64,000 bases of DNA from Firmicutes bacterium UBA6811 (GTDB lineage Bacteria > Bacillota > SHA-98 > UBA4971). Under the pieces are notes generated by a model. That model was not told the DNA's origin, made no database searches, and was given only the letters and a program-made list of their open reading frames with translations. The stretch is from positions 16,349 to 80,348 of the forward strand of contig DKEX01000096.1 in NCBI GenBank assembly GCA_002452295.1, written 5' to 3'. Below are positions 18,197 through 27,257 of this stretch, one piece after another; the stretch's first letter is position 1, and the number at the start of each line of letters is the position of its first letter. The translations under genes and the position numbers were made by a program.

Positions 18197-21100
18197 CCAG
18201 CACCACGATCGCCACCACCACCACCACCACCGCGACCACAACTGCGACCGCGGCGGCAAGGGGGGCTTCCATCCCGAGGGAGGCCCCGTGGACAGAGCAG
18301 CAATGGGATGCCATAACCGCAAGAGGATGCGACCTCCTGGTATCGGCGGCCGCCGGAGCCGGCAAGACCGCTGTGCTGGTGAAGCGAGTGATCGGCCGCA
18401 TCACGGATCCCGCACGCCCGCTGGACATCGACAGGCTCCTCGTCGTCACGTTCACCGACGCCGCAGCCGCCGAGATGCGGGAGCGGATCGCCTCCGCCCT
18501 GGACGACCTCATCGCAAAAGACGCCAGGGGGGCGGGCACAAGGCTTGCCCGGCAGCTTGCCCTCGTGAGGAAGGCGGACATCTCCACGATCCACTCGTTC
18601 TGCCACAGGGTCGTGCGCCAGTACTTCTATCGCCTCGGCATCGACCCGGCGTTTCGCGTCATGGACGAGGTGGAGGCGGAGCTTCTCCGCCTCGAGGTGG
18701 CGGACGACCTGTTCGAAAGGTGCTACGCCGACTCCGGGAACGGGAGCGGAAGCGGGGGGTTCATCGAGCTCGTCGACGCATATGGGGGGGACAGCGGCGA
18801 CGAGGCGCTCCGCGACCTCGTGACGGGTATCTACGACTACTCCCGTGGCCGCCCGAGGCCGGAGGCCTGGTTTGGCGAGATCTCGAAAGCGTTCAACATC
18901 GATGCGGGCACGTCCATAAACGAGCTGACGTGGACCCAGATAGCCTTTCGCGGCATCGCTCGGGACCTGGCGAGGGCCCAGCACCTGCTCTTGCAGGCGC
19001 TGGAGCTTTCCGGCGCGCCGGGAGGCCCGGAGGCGTATGTTCGCACGTTGCAGGAGGAGGTTACTGCGTGCTCTGAGATGCGAGGTGTCGCCAAGGTGTG
19101 TGACTTCAGCGCGCTTGCCGGGTTGATGAAGGGGTTCAGGTACGACAGCCTTCCCGGGGTAAGGGCCGGCACCTGCGATGATGCGCTGAAGCAAAGGGTG
19201 AAGGCCCTCCGTGATGAGGCAAAGAAGCTCGTACATGGCATCCGCGATGTGTACTTCTCGCGCCCGGCACAGGACCTCGTAGAGGACCTGCGCAGCGTCG
19301 CCCCGCTCATGCACAAGCTGGTGGAGGTGGTGAGGGCGTTCGCCGCAGGCTACGCCAAGGCGAAGTACGCGCGGAGCCTCGTTGACTTCTCTGACCTCGA
19401 ACACCTGTGCCTTCAGGTGCTCGGGGAGTGGGACGAGGATTCTGGCAGGTTCAGGCCCACGGACGTGGCGCGCGAGCTTGCCGGGCGCTACGACGAGATC
19501 CTGATCGACGAGTACCAGGACATAAACCCTGTGCAGGATGCCATTCTCGGCCTCATCGCAGGCGGCGGCAACACGTTCATGGTCGGCGACGTGAAGCAGA
19601 GTATCTACGGGTTCCGGCTGGCCGAGCCGAAGCTCTTCGCGGAGAAGTGCCACGAGTTCTCCGCCGCGCCCGGGGGTGCCCGGCGCAGGATCGACCTTTC
19701 GAGGAACTTCCGTAGCCGGAGGACGGTCATAGATGCGGTGAACCTCATCTTCCGCCAGGTGCTCTCGGAAGGAGTCGCCAGCATCGAGTATGATCCCGCT
19801 GCAGAGCTCGTGTACGGGGCGGATTACCCGCCGGGGCCGCCCGGTTGCGGCGCTGACGACGCTCCTGTTGAGATCCATATCATCGAGAGAAAGCCCGGCG
19901 TCGCCAGCGTCTCGCACGAGACGCCCGACGGCGGGTCCGTCCCCGCCGACGACGCGGCGGGCGAGGCCGAGGATGACGGGGCGCCGGGCGACGGGAGCGG
20001 GGAAGGGCAGCCGGCCCCCGAGGAGGTGGAGGCGCTCGAGCTGGAGGGCCGCCTCATAGCGGGTCGCATCAATGAGATGGTGAGAGGCGCTCCGGCCCGG
20101 CCCGGCCCGGAGTTCCACGTATACGACCGGGGCCGAAAGGCATACCGTCCGGTGTCCTACCGGGATATCGTCGTGCTCATGAGATCCACGCGGGAGCGGG
20201 CGAGCGTGCTCCTCGAGGTCTTCAGGCAGGCCGACGTGCCTGCCTACGCCGAGCTTGGCACCGGTTACTTCGAGGCAACCGAGGTCGAGGTCATGGTCTC
20301 GCTGCTCCGGGTGATCGACAACCCCATGCAGGACATTCCGCTTGCGGCGGTTCTCCGGTCGCCGGTGTGCGGCCTCTCGGCGGATGACCTGGCGCGCATC
20401 CGGATGTGCGGCCCTGACGGGGACTTCCACGCCGCCCTTCAGGCGGCCCGCTCCTGCACGGACCACGGCGATCTTGCCTCGCGGGTCGGGAAGTTCCTCG
20501 ACGACCTCGACCGCTGGCGGACGCTCGCCAGAAGGTCACCGCTCTCGACTCTCGTCTGGAGCCTCTACCGCGAAACGGGCTACCTGGACTACGTTGGGGG
20601 AATGCCCGGTGGGGCCCAGCGCCAGGCGAACCTCCGGGCGCTCCACGAGCGCGCCCGTCAATTCGACAGGTTCGCACGGCAGGGCCTGTTCAGGTTCATG
20701 CGGTTCATAGACAGGCTGCGCGACGCAGAGGGGGATCTCGGCACCGCCCGGGCGCTGGGCGAGGCCGAGGACGTCGTGAGGATCATGAGCGTCCACAAGA
20801 GCAAGGGCCTCGAGTTTCCCGTGGTCTTCGTGGCCGACCTCGGCAAGAACTTCAACTTCCGCGACCTCTCTGGCGATGTGCTCTTTCACTCTGAAGCAGG
20901 GCTGGGGCCGGTATTCTCGGACCCGGTGCGCAGGGTGAAGCACCCGACCCTCGCCCACCGAGCCACGAGGGAACTTGCGAGGGCCAGGGCGCTCGCCGAG
21001 GAGATGCGCATCCTGTACGTGGCCATGACCCGAGCAAAGGAGCGGCTGGTGCTGGTGGGCTCGGCGCCGGGCCTCGAAAAACAGGCTGCCCGCTGGTGCG

Positions 21101-22284
21101 GGGACGTCTCGCAGTCTGGCTGGGGTCTATCTGAAGACGTCGTGCTCTCGGCCCGCAGCTTCCTCGACTGGGTGGCTAGTGCCGTCGCGAGGCACAGAAG
21201 CGGCTTTCGGATCCGGGAGCTTGCAACGGTGCACGCGGAGCCTTCGGACGCGGCAGTGCGCGACGACCCGGCCTGCTTCGAGGTGAAGGTGTGGGACACG
21301 TCCGACGTGCCGGGGCCAGCCCAGCTATGGAAGGGCGACCGGCACGCCAGCGCCGGCGCCGGCCCGATTCCCGGGGACGAGATGGCCCGGGCGAAGCCGC
21401 TCGGCCGCGAAGTTCCGCCTGAACTCAGGCGTGCGGTTGAGGACCGCCTCGCATGGGCATATCCCCACGCGGCGCTGGCCGGGCGCGCCGCCAAGGCGAC
21501 GTGGTCCGAGATCAAGCGGAGGTTCGAGCCCGGCCGTGACGACGCTGAACCAAGCCGGGAAGACGCGAGCGAGGCACACCCGGCGCCTGCGACCTTCCCG
21601 GAGCAACCCCGTTTCATGCAGCAGTATGCGATCACTCCCGCCGAGCGCGGCCAGGCGACACACCTGGTGCTCCAGCACCTGGACCTCGGCGGCAAGCTCG
21701 ATGTGGCTGGGGTGCGAAGGCACGTGAACGGGATGGTGGAGCGCGACCTCCTCACCCGGGACCTCGCGAGGAGCGTGGACGCAGCGGCCATCGCCGCCTT
21801 CTTCGCAACTCCGCTCGGCAAGCGCCTGGTGGCGATGCGCGACCGCGTCCGGCGCGAGGTGCCATTCTATCTCGGTATTGACGCAGGCGTGGTGTACCCC
21901 GACATCTCCACCGGGGCCGGCGGCTGCGGCTGCGGCCGCGAGCGCGAGCGCGTGGTGGTGCAGGGCATCGTCGACTGCCTCATCGACGAGGGGGACGGGT
22001 TTGTCCTCATCGACTTCAAAACCGACGCAGGGGCGCGGCGCGACCCGGACGCGGCGGCGCGGGCATACTCGGGGCAGATCGCCGTGTACGCCGCGGCTTG
22101 CGAGGCCACGTTCGGACGCCCCGTGAAGGAGGCGTACCTGTACTTCCTTGGTGCCGGGGTCGCTGTCCCGCTTGATTGCCGCGGGGCAGCGCGCCGGCTG
22201 CTACGGAACGACGATGGGACGCCTCCTGATAACGTTGCCGAACCGGTCGATGACTGTCTCGATCTTGATGGTGAAGTCTCCTAG
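18193..22284 (+). CDS. addA: ATP-dependent helicase/nuclease subunit A (AddA), UvrD-like helicase plus C-terminal nuclease, with a poly-Thr N-terminal tract
   Basis: It has the helicase motif AAAGAGKTAVL and the motif DEYQDINPVQ, plus a C-terminal RecB-like nuclease. ATG 18193 overlaps the addB stop. Confidence 0.9.
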   Translation: MTSTTIATTTTTTATTTATAAARGASIPREAPWTEQQWDAITARGCDLLVSAAAGAGKTAVLVKRVIGRITDPARPLDIDRLLVVTFTDAAAAEMRERIASALDDLIAKDARGAGTRLARQLALVRKADISTIHSFCHRVVRQYFYRLGIDPAFRVMDEVEAELLRLEVADDLFERCYADSGNGSGSGGFIELVDAYGGDSGDEALRDLVTGIYDYSRGRPRPEAWFGEISKAFNIDAGTSINELTWTQIAFRGIARDLARAQHLLLQALELSGAPGGPEAYVRTLQEEVTACSEMRGVAKVCDFSALAGLMKGFRYDSLPGVRAGTCDDALKQRVKALRDEAKKLVHGIRDVYFSRPAQDLVEDLRSVAPLMHKLVEVVRAFAAGYAKAKYARSLVDFSDLEHLCLQVLGEWDEDSGRFRPTDVARELAGRYDEILIDEYQDINPVQDAILGLIAGGGNTFMVGDVKQSIYGFRLAEPKLFAEKCHEFSAAPGGARRRIDLSRNFRSRRTVIDAVNLIFRQVLSEGVASIEYDPAAELVYGADYPPGPPGCGADDAPVEIHIIERKPGVASVSHETPDGGSVPADDAAGEAEDDGAPGDGSGEGQPAPEEVEALELEGRLIAGRINEMVRGAPARPGPEFHVYDRGRKAYRPVSYRDIVVLMRSTRERASVLLEVFRQADVPAYAELGTGYFEATEVEVMVSLLRVIDNPMQDIPLAAVLRSPVCGLSADDLARIRMCGPDGDFHAALQAARSCTDHGDLASRVGKFLDDLDRWRTLARRSPLSTLVWSLYRETGYLDYVGGMPGGAQRQANLRALHERARQFDRFARQGLFRFMRFIDRLRDAEGDLGTARALGEAEDVVRIMSVHKSKGLEFPVVFVADLGKNFNFRDLSGDVLFHSEAGLGPVFSDPVRRVKHPTLAHRATRELARARALAEEMRILYVAMTRAKERLVLVGSAPGLEKQAARWCGDVSQSGWGLSEDVVLSARSFLDWVASAVARHRSGFRIRELATVHAEPSDAAVRDDPACFEVKVWDTSDVPGPAQLWKGDRHASAGAGPIPGDEMARAKPLGREVPPELRRAVEDRLAWAYPHAALAGRAAKATWSEIKRRFEPGRDDAEPSREDASEAHPAPATFPEQPRFMQQYAITPAERGQATHLVLQHLDLGGKLDVAGVRRHVNGMVERDLLTRDLARSVDAAAIAAFFATPLGKRLVAMRDRVRREVPFYLGIDAGVVYPDISTGAGGCGCGRERERVVVQGIVDCLIDEGDGFVLIDFKTDAGARRDPDAAARAYSGQIAVYAAACEATFGRPVKEAYLYFLGAGVAVPLDCRGAARRLLRNDDGTPPDNVAEPVDDCLDLDGEVS

Positions 22285-23082
22285 CACCTTGAGCTTGTCG
22301 ATGGAGGACAGGTTCATGAACTGGTGCAAGGTCGTCTCGAGCTGGTTGTAAAGGTCGTCGAGCTCCTCCTCGCGGGCGGTTATGCGCTGGATCTTCTTCT
22401 GAATCTCCTCCCGCATGCGGTGGATCTCGCGTTCCTTCTGGGCGAGCTCCTCGAGGAGTTGCTGCTCGCGATCGAGTTGCCGGTTGATGTCGATCAGCCG
22501 GTCTATGAATCCCTTGAGGTCGAGCATCCCTGAGAGCCGCTTCTCGATGCGCTCCACCCTGGCCGGGAGGGTGAGGAGTTCCTGCATGGGGTCCTGCACT
22601 GTGCGAGCGCGGTCTTCCGCGACCTCGCGGGTCTCCACGGGGGCGGACGTCACGATCCCCCCGGCGCATTCTGTTACTTCAGTGGTCGAGCCGGCAGGGC
22701 CCTGGGATGTGGTTCGTTTGATGACCGTGTAAAACCTGTGGCGAAGTGTAAGATACGGCACCCCGAAGAGGCCGGAAAGCCGCTCCAGTTCCTGCTTGCG
22801 CTCGCCCGGCCGCTTCTCGAGCACCTTCATCAGGAGCTTGTCTTCATACTCGGTGAAAATGTGTCGTTTCCTCCTCTGTCTCGTGGCGCGAGGGGCGTCG
22901 CCCGCTGTCTGGCCAGGTGCGGCGGGGGCGCTCTCCTGGGCGGCGTCCTCGGGCCCGCTTGCCTCGACCTCGGCTGCTACCTGAGTGGCGACCGTCTCCA
23001 GCGTCGCCTGGGTATCCTCATCACTCGCCTCGGCCTCCACCCTGTCACCCCGTACCGTCGCAACCTCTCTCACGCTCTCCAT
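22201..23082 (-). CDS. Myb/SANT-like DNA-binding plus coiled-coil protein, RsfA-like sporulation transcription factor candidate
   Basis: RKRHIFTEYEDKLLMKVLEK...YLTLRHRFYTVIK resembles the RsfA Myb-like region. The C-terminus has heptad coiled-coil character. A GGGAGG RBS is 10 nt upstream of the ATG. The 3' end overlaps the addA 3' end by 84 nt. Confidence 0.4.
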   Translation of the reverse strand: MESVREVATVRGDRVEAEASDEDTQATLETVATQVAAEVEASGPEDAAQESAPAAPGQTAGDAPRATRQRRKRHIFTEYEDKLLMKVLEKRPGERKQELERLSGLFGVPYLTLRHRFYTVIKRTTSQGPAGSTTEVTECAGGIVTSAPVETREVAEDRARTVQDPMQELLTLPARVERIEKRLSGMLDLKGFIDRLIDINRQLDREQQLLEELAQKEREIHRMREEIQKKIQRITAREEELDDLYNQLETTLHQFMNLSSIDKLKVLGDFTIKIETVIDRFGNVIRRRPIVVP

Positions 23083-23507
23083 AACGTCGTACCTCCCGTT
23101 GTGTCGTATTGTCGAACCATGTACGCACCAATGGTTATATACCAGTGGCTCAAGGGCTCAAGCCAGGCCACTCGAAAGAAGCGATTCAGCGGAGCGGCGG
23201 GCGGCCGGGCGGCGGCCTCCCCTGGATGACCGGTATCAGTATGCCTTCTCATACTGGTCCTTATGCCCCATGTTTACACAGTATGCGTTTGAACTCGAGC
23301 CGGGCGAGGCGGGGGGAAGCGTGCTTTCAATACGCTTGCGCCGTCTGGGGAATAATGGTAGCTTGATAGTATCGGAGCCGCAGAGATGGAGGTGGAGCGC
23401 GTGATCCGCGAGCGGCCCCCCGCCACCATCTGGTCCGCCGCTATCAGAGGAGAATGCGGGGGGCTGCCAGGTCTGTACTCATCTGCACCTACATCACTTG
23501 TCTGCAC

Positions 23508-24140
23508 TCATATCCTGTGCGAGGAGACACGGCGCCGTCCGCCGCGTGCGAACCCAACGCCCAGGAACACCATGACGATCATGGCGATGGCGACCTCCGG
23601 CACCATGTAGGTGGCGTTGTATGTTGCCGAGTATGCCCACACGTTTGAGCCTTCCGGAGCGTAGCTTGCGAAGAATATGACTCCGGACAGAAGGTGCATA
23701 AGGAACCTCCCGGCACCGCCCACGACGACGCCCACAAGCGGCAGCCTGGGGAACAGCCCGGCAAGGCCCAGCGCTGCGAAGGCGAGCGGGTAGTCCATCA
23801 GGAACTGAAGCGGGTGCACGACGTAAGGCTCCAGGACGAGCTTCACCATGCCGAGCACGAGGCCAGCCAGGACCCCTGTGCCGGCGCCTCTTCGTAGTGC
23901 CACATAGAAGATGGGGACCATCTCGAGGGAGATGGACCCGCCCTGGGGCATTCGGAACACCCTGATGATGCTGAGCACCGCCGCGAGCGCGACCGTCACG
24001 CCAACCTCGGTCACAACCTGGGCCGGCCCGCGCCCCTCGCTCGCCTGCAGGGGTCTTGTGAGCCTGATGAGGACGGCCAGCAGCACGAGGGCTGCCGCTG
24101 CCTGCGCCACGATCCGCCAGTCAACTCCAACGCCATTCAT
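23508..24140 (-). CDS. thiT: Thiamine transporter ThiT (ECF S-component, YuaJ family)
   Basis: It is a six-TM protein with the ThiT-like block ISLEMVPIFYVALRRG. ATG 24140 has an AAGAGGAGGG RBS and is preceded by a TPP riboswitch. Confidence 0.7.
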   Translation of the reverse strand: MNGVGVDWRIVAQAAAALVLLAVLIRLTRPLQASEGRGPAQVVTEVGVTVALAAVLSIIRVFRMPQGGSISLEMVPIFYVALRRGAGTGVLAGLVLGMVKLVLEPYVVHPLQFLMDYPLAFAALGLAGLFPRLPLVGVVVGGAGRFLMHLLSGVIFFASYAPEGSNVWAYSATYNATYMVPEVAIAMIVMVFLGVGFARGGRRRVSSHRI

Positions 24141-24229
24141 CCGGACACCCTCCTCTTGAGTTGAATGTTTGAGAGATCGGAAATCGCCCGTTCGCGCAAA
24201 TCCCGGGTAGATATGCTCCGGCCGCCCGG

Positions 24230-24281
24230 GCCGGGGAAAACGAAACGGCCGCGGAGCCCGCCCTGAAGTCCACGGCCGTTC
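24230..24281 (-). terminator. Riboswitch expression-platform intrinsic terminator
   Basis: In the minus-strand RNA, AACGGCCGUGGA...UCCGCGGCCGUU forms a 12-bp stem with one G-U pair, followed by UCGUUUUCC. Confidence 0.6.
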
Positions 24282-24297
24282 GGAACTGGTCTTGCGA

Positions 24298-24405
24298 GCC
24301 GCTTCCCTACGCTGGTATTGCCCAGGCGGAGTCACCCGATCAGGTTCGAAGGGTAGGCGCCAGGTGGCACCTTCTCAGCCGCTTTCGCAGCACCCCCAGC
24401 GGACT
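24298..24405 (-). ncRNA. TPP (THI-box) riboswitch
   Basis: The minus-strand sequence GGGGGUGC...GGCUGAGA...ACCCUUCGAACCUGAUC...AAUACCAGCGUAGGGAAGC matches the conserved TPP aptamer core. Confidence 0.8.
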
Positions 24406-24428
24406 TCCGTGTGCACTTTTGCACCTTT

Positions 24429-24458
24429 GTTATACCACGCGGCCATGAATGAGCGCAA
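24429..24458 (-). promoter_or_regulatory. Candidate promoter for the riboswitch-thiT transcript: TTGCGC-18-TATAAC with a TG extension
   Basis: Read on the minus strand. It sits in the short divergent region shared with the 2-hydroxyacid dehydrogenase gene. Confidence 0.35.
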
Positions 24459-24480
24459 GTGGGCGTGGCAAAATAGGGGC

Positions 24481-25479
24481 ATGAAAGTCGCCTTTTTCGA
24501 GGTGGAGAAGTGGGAGAAGGAGAGGTTCCGCGGCCGCCTGCGCCAGGTGGATCCGGTTTTCTTCGGCGACACCGTGCAGGAGGTGTCCCCCGGCGGCTTC
24601 AAGGACGCTGAGGGTCTCTGTATCTTCATATACTCGCACCTTACAAAGGACGTCATTGCGTCCCTGCCCAGTCTCAAGCTCATTGCCACCCGGTCAACGG
24701 GGTTCGACCACATAGACGTGGAGGCATGCAGGAAGCGGAAGATCACCGTCGTCAACGTTCCTTACTATGGAGAGAACACCGTGGCGGAGCACACCTTCGG
24801 CCTCATCCTGTCGCTCGCCCGCAACATCCACAGGGCGTACATGCGCACCATCCACCAGGACTTCTCCCTCGAGGACCTGCAGGGCTTCGATCTCAAGGGC
24901 AAGACCATCGGCGTCATCGGCGCTGGCAGAATAGGGCTGCACGTCATCAGGATCGCCAGGGGGTTCGGCATGGAGGCACTGGCCTACGACGTCAGGCGGG
25001 ACCGGTTCATCGCCGAGATACTGGGGTTCCGGTACGTCCCCATGGACGAGCTTCTGGCGTCATCCGACGTGATCTCGCTGCACGCTCCGTACAACGAGTC
25101 CACGCACCACATCATAGACAGGGACACGCTGGCCAGAGTCAAGCGGGGCGCGCTTCTCATAAACACCGCCCGCGGCGCGCTGGTGGACACCGAGGCCCTC
25201 CTCTGGGCGCTTGACGAGGGCGTCCTGCGCGGCGCGGGCCTGGACGTGCTCGAGGGCGAGGAGCTCATGATGGAGGAGGGATACGTCCTCCGAAAGGAAT
25301 ACTCAACCGACATCCTCCGCACCTTCGTCCGCAACCAGATGCTGCTGCGGCGCGAGGACGTGGTGGTGACCCCGCACAACGCCTTCAACAGCAAGGAGGC
25401 GGCCATGCGCATCATCGAGACCACCGCCGAGAACATCGAGAGGTTCATCGCAGGGCGCCCGCAGAACGTGGTGGTGTAG
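24481..25479 (+). CDS. D-isomer-specific 2-hydroxyacid dehydrogenase (D-lactate/glycerate dehydrogenase family)
   Basis: It begins MKVAFFEVEKWE and has the NAD motif GVIGAGRIGLHV. The catalytic R/E/H context is ARGALVD...VVVTPHNA. Confidence 0.85.
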   Translation: MKVAFFEVEKWEKERFRGRLRQVDPVFFGDTVQEVSPGGFKDAEGLCIFIYSHLTKDVIASLPSLKLIATRSTGFDHIDVEACRKRKITVVNVPYYGENTVAEHTFGLILSLARNIHRAYMRTIHQDFSLEDLQGFDLKGKTIGVIGAGRIGLHVIRIARGFGMEALAYDVRRDRFIAEILGFRYVPMDELLASSDVISLHAPYNESTHHIIDRDTLARVKRGALLINTARGALVDTEALLWALDEGVLRGAGLDVLEGEELMMEEGYVLRKEYSTDILRTFVRNQMLLRREDVVVTPHNAFNSKEAAMRIIETTAENIERFIAGRPQNVVV

Positions 25480-25620
25480 GCGAAAAGCCTGAGCATAGAG
25501 GAGAGCGCCCGGAGCCTGTCGACGCGCCGGGCACGGGCCGGCCCCGTGTGGCCGGCGGGCGTCGCGCGACCGGCCGTGCGCGACCAGCCCCACACGGCTG
25601 GCCCCGCACGGCCGGGAGGG

Positions 25621-26193
25621 TTACTGAGGCTGCGTTCGGTTCCGTGCCGTGCGATAACCGGCGATGATGTCAGCGATCTCGCCGACCGCCTGGTCAACCG
25701 ACCTGTTCACGACGACGTGATCGTAGGACGGGGCGAACGCCAGCTCCTCATCGATCCGCGCAATGCGCGCCTCTAGCTCTTCCGGCTGGCACTCTCCGCG
25801 CATCGCCAGCCTTTCGTACAGCTCCCTCGCCTCGGCGGGCATTATGAAGATCGATACGCACGCAGGCCACGTCTTCACGAATTCCTGTCTACCGTACACA
25901 TCGAGGATTATCACGAAGTCCAGGTCAGACTTCATCGCCGTCGCCACGGCCGCCCTGGGCACGCCGTAGTAGTTACCATAGGTCTTCTTCCACTCGACGA
26001 GCTCGCCGGCGTTGATCATCCTGAGGAACTCCTCCCCGGACACGAAACTATAGTCTTTGCCGTCCACCTCGCCTTCGCGGGGCGCCCGCGTGGTCGCGGT
26101 GGTGAGGCGGGCGAGGTTTGGGACGCGCTGGACCAACTCGCTCACTATCGTGGTCTTGCCAGCGCCGGATGGCGCCGCGATGATGAAGATCAT
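25621..26193 (-). CDS. gmk: Guanylate kinase
   Basis: It has the P-loop APSGAGKTT and the guanylate-kinase blocks TTRAPREGEVDGKDY. Confidence 0.9.
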   Translation of the reverse strand: MIFIIAAPSGAGKTTIVSELVQRVPNLARLTTATTRAPREGEVDGKDYSFVSGEEFLRMINAGELVEWKKTYGNYYGVPRAAVATAMKSDLDFVIILDVYGRQEFVKTWPACVSIFIMPAEARELYERLAMRGECQPEELEARIARIDEELAFAPSYDHVVVNRSVDQAVGEIADIIAGYRTARNRTQPQ

Positions 26194-26303
26194 ATAGGCC
26201 CCCCTTGCAGATGGTGGTCGCTAGCGCGCGAGCCTGGGCACCTGCGCACCGTCTGCAAGAAGGAGTTTCCCTCATCCCGGCGAATTTCCTTCCAGGGTGA
26301 AAC

Positions 26304-26708
26304 ATGATGCATGATCTCATGGAGGGCCTGTACATCACCGCGCTCGGAATGGGCGTGGTTTTCATTGGCCTTGTACTTCTTGCCGTCGCCGTCAGGGTCA
26401 CCGACCTCATCCTGAACCCTCGCAGGGCGCGATGGCCCGCGGCCGGTGGCGTCGTGCCCGCAGCCCGGGCGGTCGCACCTGCGCCCGCCCGCACGGCCGG
26501 CGCGGTTGACGATGAGCTTGTGGCGGCCATCACGGCATGCATGGCGTGTGTCGTGGATGAGCGGGGGGCGGGGGAGGTTAAGCACGTCGGCCTCACGGCC
26601 TCGCTCGTGGCTGCGATAACGGCGGCCATCGTCGCCCGCGAAGAGGCAGGCGGGGGGCCCGGGGCGGGATACATGAGTATCAGGGTACAGAAAGGAGCTC
26701 TCGGATGA
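26304..26708 (+). CDS. oadG: Oxaloacetate decarboxylase gamma-chain-like small membrane subunit (OadG family)
   Basis: There is an N-terminal TM (ITALGMGVVFIGLVLLAV) and a duplicated ELVAAITAAI-type motif. It is the first gene of the decarboxylase cluster. Confidence 0.55.
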   Translation: MMHDLMEGLYITALGMGVVFIGLVLLAVAVRVTDLILNPRRARWPAAGGVVPAARAVAPAPARTAGAVDDELVAAITACMACVVDERGAGEVKHVGLTASLVAAITAAIVAREEAGGGPGAGYMSIRVQKGALG

Positions 26709-27250
26709 GGAAGTTCAAGGTTGTCGTCAACGGAAGGGAGTACGACGTCGAAGTGGTGGAGGTATCCGAAACCACGGAGCCTGCGGCTAATGCAGGGCAG
26801 CACCCGGTCGCGGCGGTCGGCACGGACGGGGTCGGAGTGGCCGCCGCCGGGCCTGGAGTGCCCCAGCGGGTTGCACCTGCGCCCACGCCCGTGCTTATGC
26901 CTGCACCTGAGCCGGCACCGAAGCCTGCTACTGCTCCTCCTGCTGTTCCTGCTGCTGCAGGCGCCGGGGGGGCCATGCCATCGGGAGCGCCGGCAGTGCG
27001 GGCGGGAGCGCTGCCAGATGCGTCGGTCAAGAAGGTGGAGGCGCCGCTGGCTGGCACGATACTGTCGGTCCGGGCCGCGGAGGGAGACCGCGTCAAGGTC
27101 GGAGACGTGCTCGTGACCCTCGAGGCCCTCAAGCTCGAGAACGAGATCGCCTCGCCACACTCTGGAGTCGTGCGCTCCGTTAATGTGAAGCCCGGCGATT
27201 CCGTGCACGCCGGGGCGCTGCTGGTGACCGTTGAAGAGACCGGGTCATAG
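26705..27250 (+). CDS. Biotin carboxyl carrier protein (biotinyl domain) of the Na+-translocating decarboxylase, with an atypical ALKL biotinylation motif
   Basis: A Pro/Ala-rich linker precedes the biotinyl domain GDVLVTLEALKLENEIASPHSGVV. The canonical motif is EAMKM. The Lys codon is at 27131-27133. Confidence 0.75.
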   Translation: MRKFKVVVNGREYDVEVVEVSETTEPAANAGQHPVAAVGTDGVGVAAAGPGVPQRVAPAPTPVLMPAPEPAPKPATAPPAVPAAAGAGGAMPSGAPAVRAGALPDASVKKVEAPLAGTILSVRAAEGDRVKVGDVLVTLEALKLENEIASPHSGVVRSVNVKPGDSVHAGALLVTVEETGS

Positions 27251-27257
27251 ATGAGGG

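Noticed and set aside
24292-24480. N-terminal extension of the 2-hydroxyacid dehydrogenase ORF (start 24292), and the extension of the thiT ORF to 24335
   Set aside because: Both extensions read through the TPP riboswitch, terminator and promoter region. Conserved protein N-termini (MKVAFFEVEKWE, MNGVGVDW with RBS) begin at 24481 and 24140.
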